Of a stretch of 64,000 nt of DNA, positions 63,063 to 64,000 are shown one piece after another. This stretch comes from Leucoraja erinacea (lineage: Eukaryota). How positions within the stretch are numbered: the first letter of the stretch is position 1; each line of letters opens with the position of its first letter. The notes under the pieces are model-generated. The model did no database searches and had not been told where the DNA came from. It was given only the letters and a program-made list of their open reading frames with translations. The stretch covers positions 14,012,001-14,076,000 of the forward strand of contig NC_073388.1 of NCBI RefSeq assembly GCF_028641065.1, written 5' to 3'. The position numbers were made by a program, and so were the translations under genes.

Positions 63063-64000
63063 CATCAGTTCAGTTCAGTTTAGTTTATTGTCACGTGCAG
63101 TAGTCGAGGTACAGTGAAACGCTATTGTTGCACACTAACCAGTCAGCGGAAAGACAATACATGATTACAATGGAGTCATTTACAGTGTATCCAAAGTATG
63201 TACAGTGTACATCAAAAGTATGGCTAAGAGGAGAAACTAAACATATAGAAAATAAACAGTCAATTATACAGTAAGCATGATTGGTGAGTAGACACATAAA
63301 GCTGGAGTAACTCGGCAGCCCTGGGGGAAAAAAGGAATAGGTGATGTTTCGGGTCGAGACCCTTCTTGTGATTCATGATTTGTGTGAGTAATTTAGTTCT
63401 AAAAGGGTTGATTATTTAAACACTCGGGATCAGGAATGGTAGTGGAGGAAACCATGAGGGAAATGGTCCTGAATAGAATTTGTGTTCCTTTTCTGAGAGC
63501 AGGGATTATTCAGGGAATTTAGTTTTTGAATTTCTCCAGCGTTCTTCTCCGGAAATGCGTCAATCGGCAGGAATTATATTTTGAAAATAAACCTTCCAAA
63601 TTCATGCCGTTCTAATGAAAGAATATTAAGAGTTCTGGTGCTTCCTCTTGACTGAAGAGATAGATTTACGAGTGATGAAGAGGCTGCTAGGTTTGATCTT
63701 TGGTCTGTGCTGTGTTAACTAATCTCGGCAGAGATAATTTTTGGAGTGGAATTGGATCGGCCAGATGGGTGAAATGCATCTTTGATTTTTTGATTACTAT
63801 TCAATGAGTTTCGATGAAAAATGGAGAGGGAATGTAGACACATTCTTGATGTCGAATTCTGAATATATTGCAGCAAAAGTAAGAACAGCGGGGGATTTGT
63901 GAATGTGTAAGTGCCCTTTATGGGCGGCTATTTGCATACCGTTGCAAGGAATGCAAGCTCAGAATTTCACTGACTTCGCACGTGACAATAAAGTATTCAA

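Overview
Vertebrate genomic DNA, most likely from a cartilaginous fish (skate/ray), inferred from its repeat content (HE1-type V-SINEs, CR1/HER1-type LINEs). The window appears to hold the 5' part of a + strand DLC-family RhoGAP gene (STARD8/STARD13/DLC1, best guess STARD8). It has a probable first coding exon at 8196-8298, a ~45.9-kb first intron, and two SAM-domain exons (54197-54268, 72 nt; 56800-56881, 82 nt) that splice in frame. Almost everything else is intronic and repeat-rich. There are over 20 HE1/V-SINEs, about 20 CR1 LINE fragments, Rex1-, L2- and RTE-derived pieces, palindromic MITEs and a possible solo LTR. There are also about 25 short Penelope-like-element (PLE) terminal-repeat insertions, many carrying a minimal hammerhead-ribozyme motif (CTGAAGA-stem-GAAACGTC). 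The most unusual locus is a PLE-derived hairpin insertion with a 5x33-bp array of half-hammerheads, whose 16-bp target duplication overlaps the branch point of the first SAM exon. Most ORFs in the supplied track are repeat-derived or spurious. Repeat boundaries were read by eye and are approximate, and family names come from motif recognition, not database searches.
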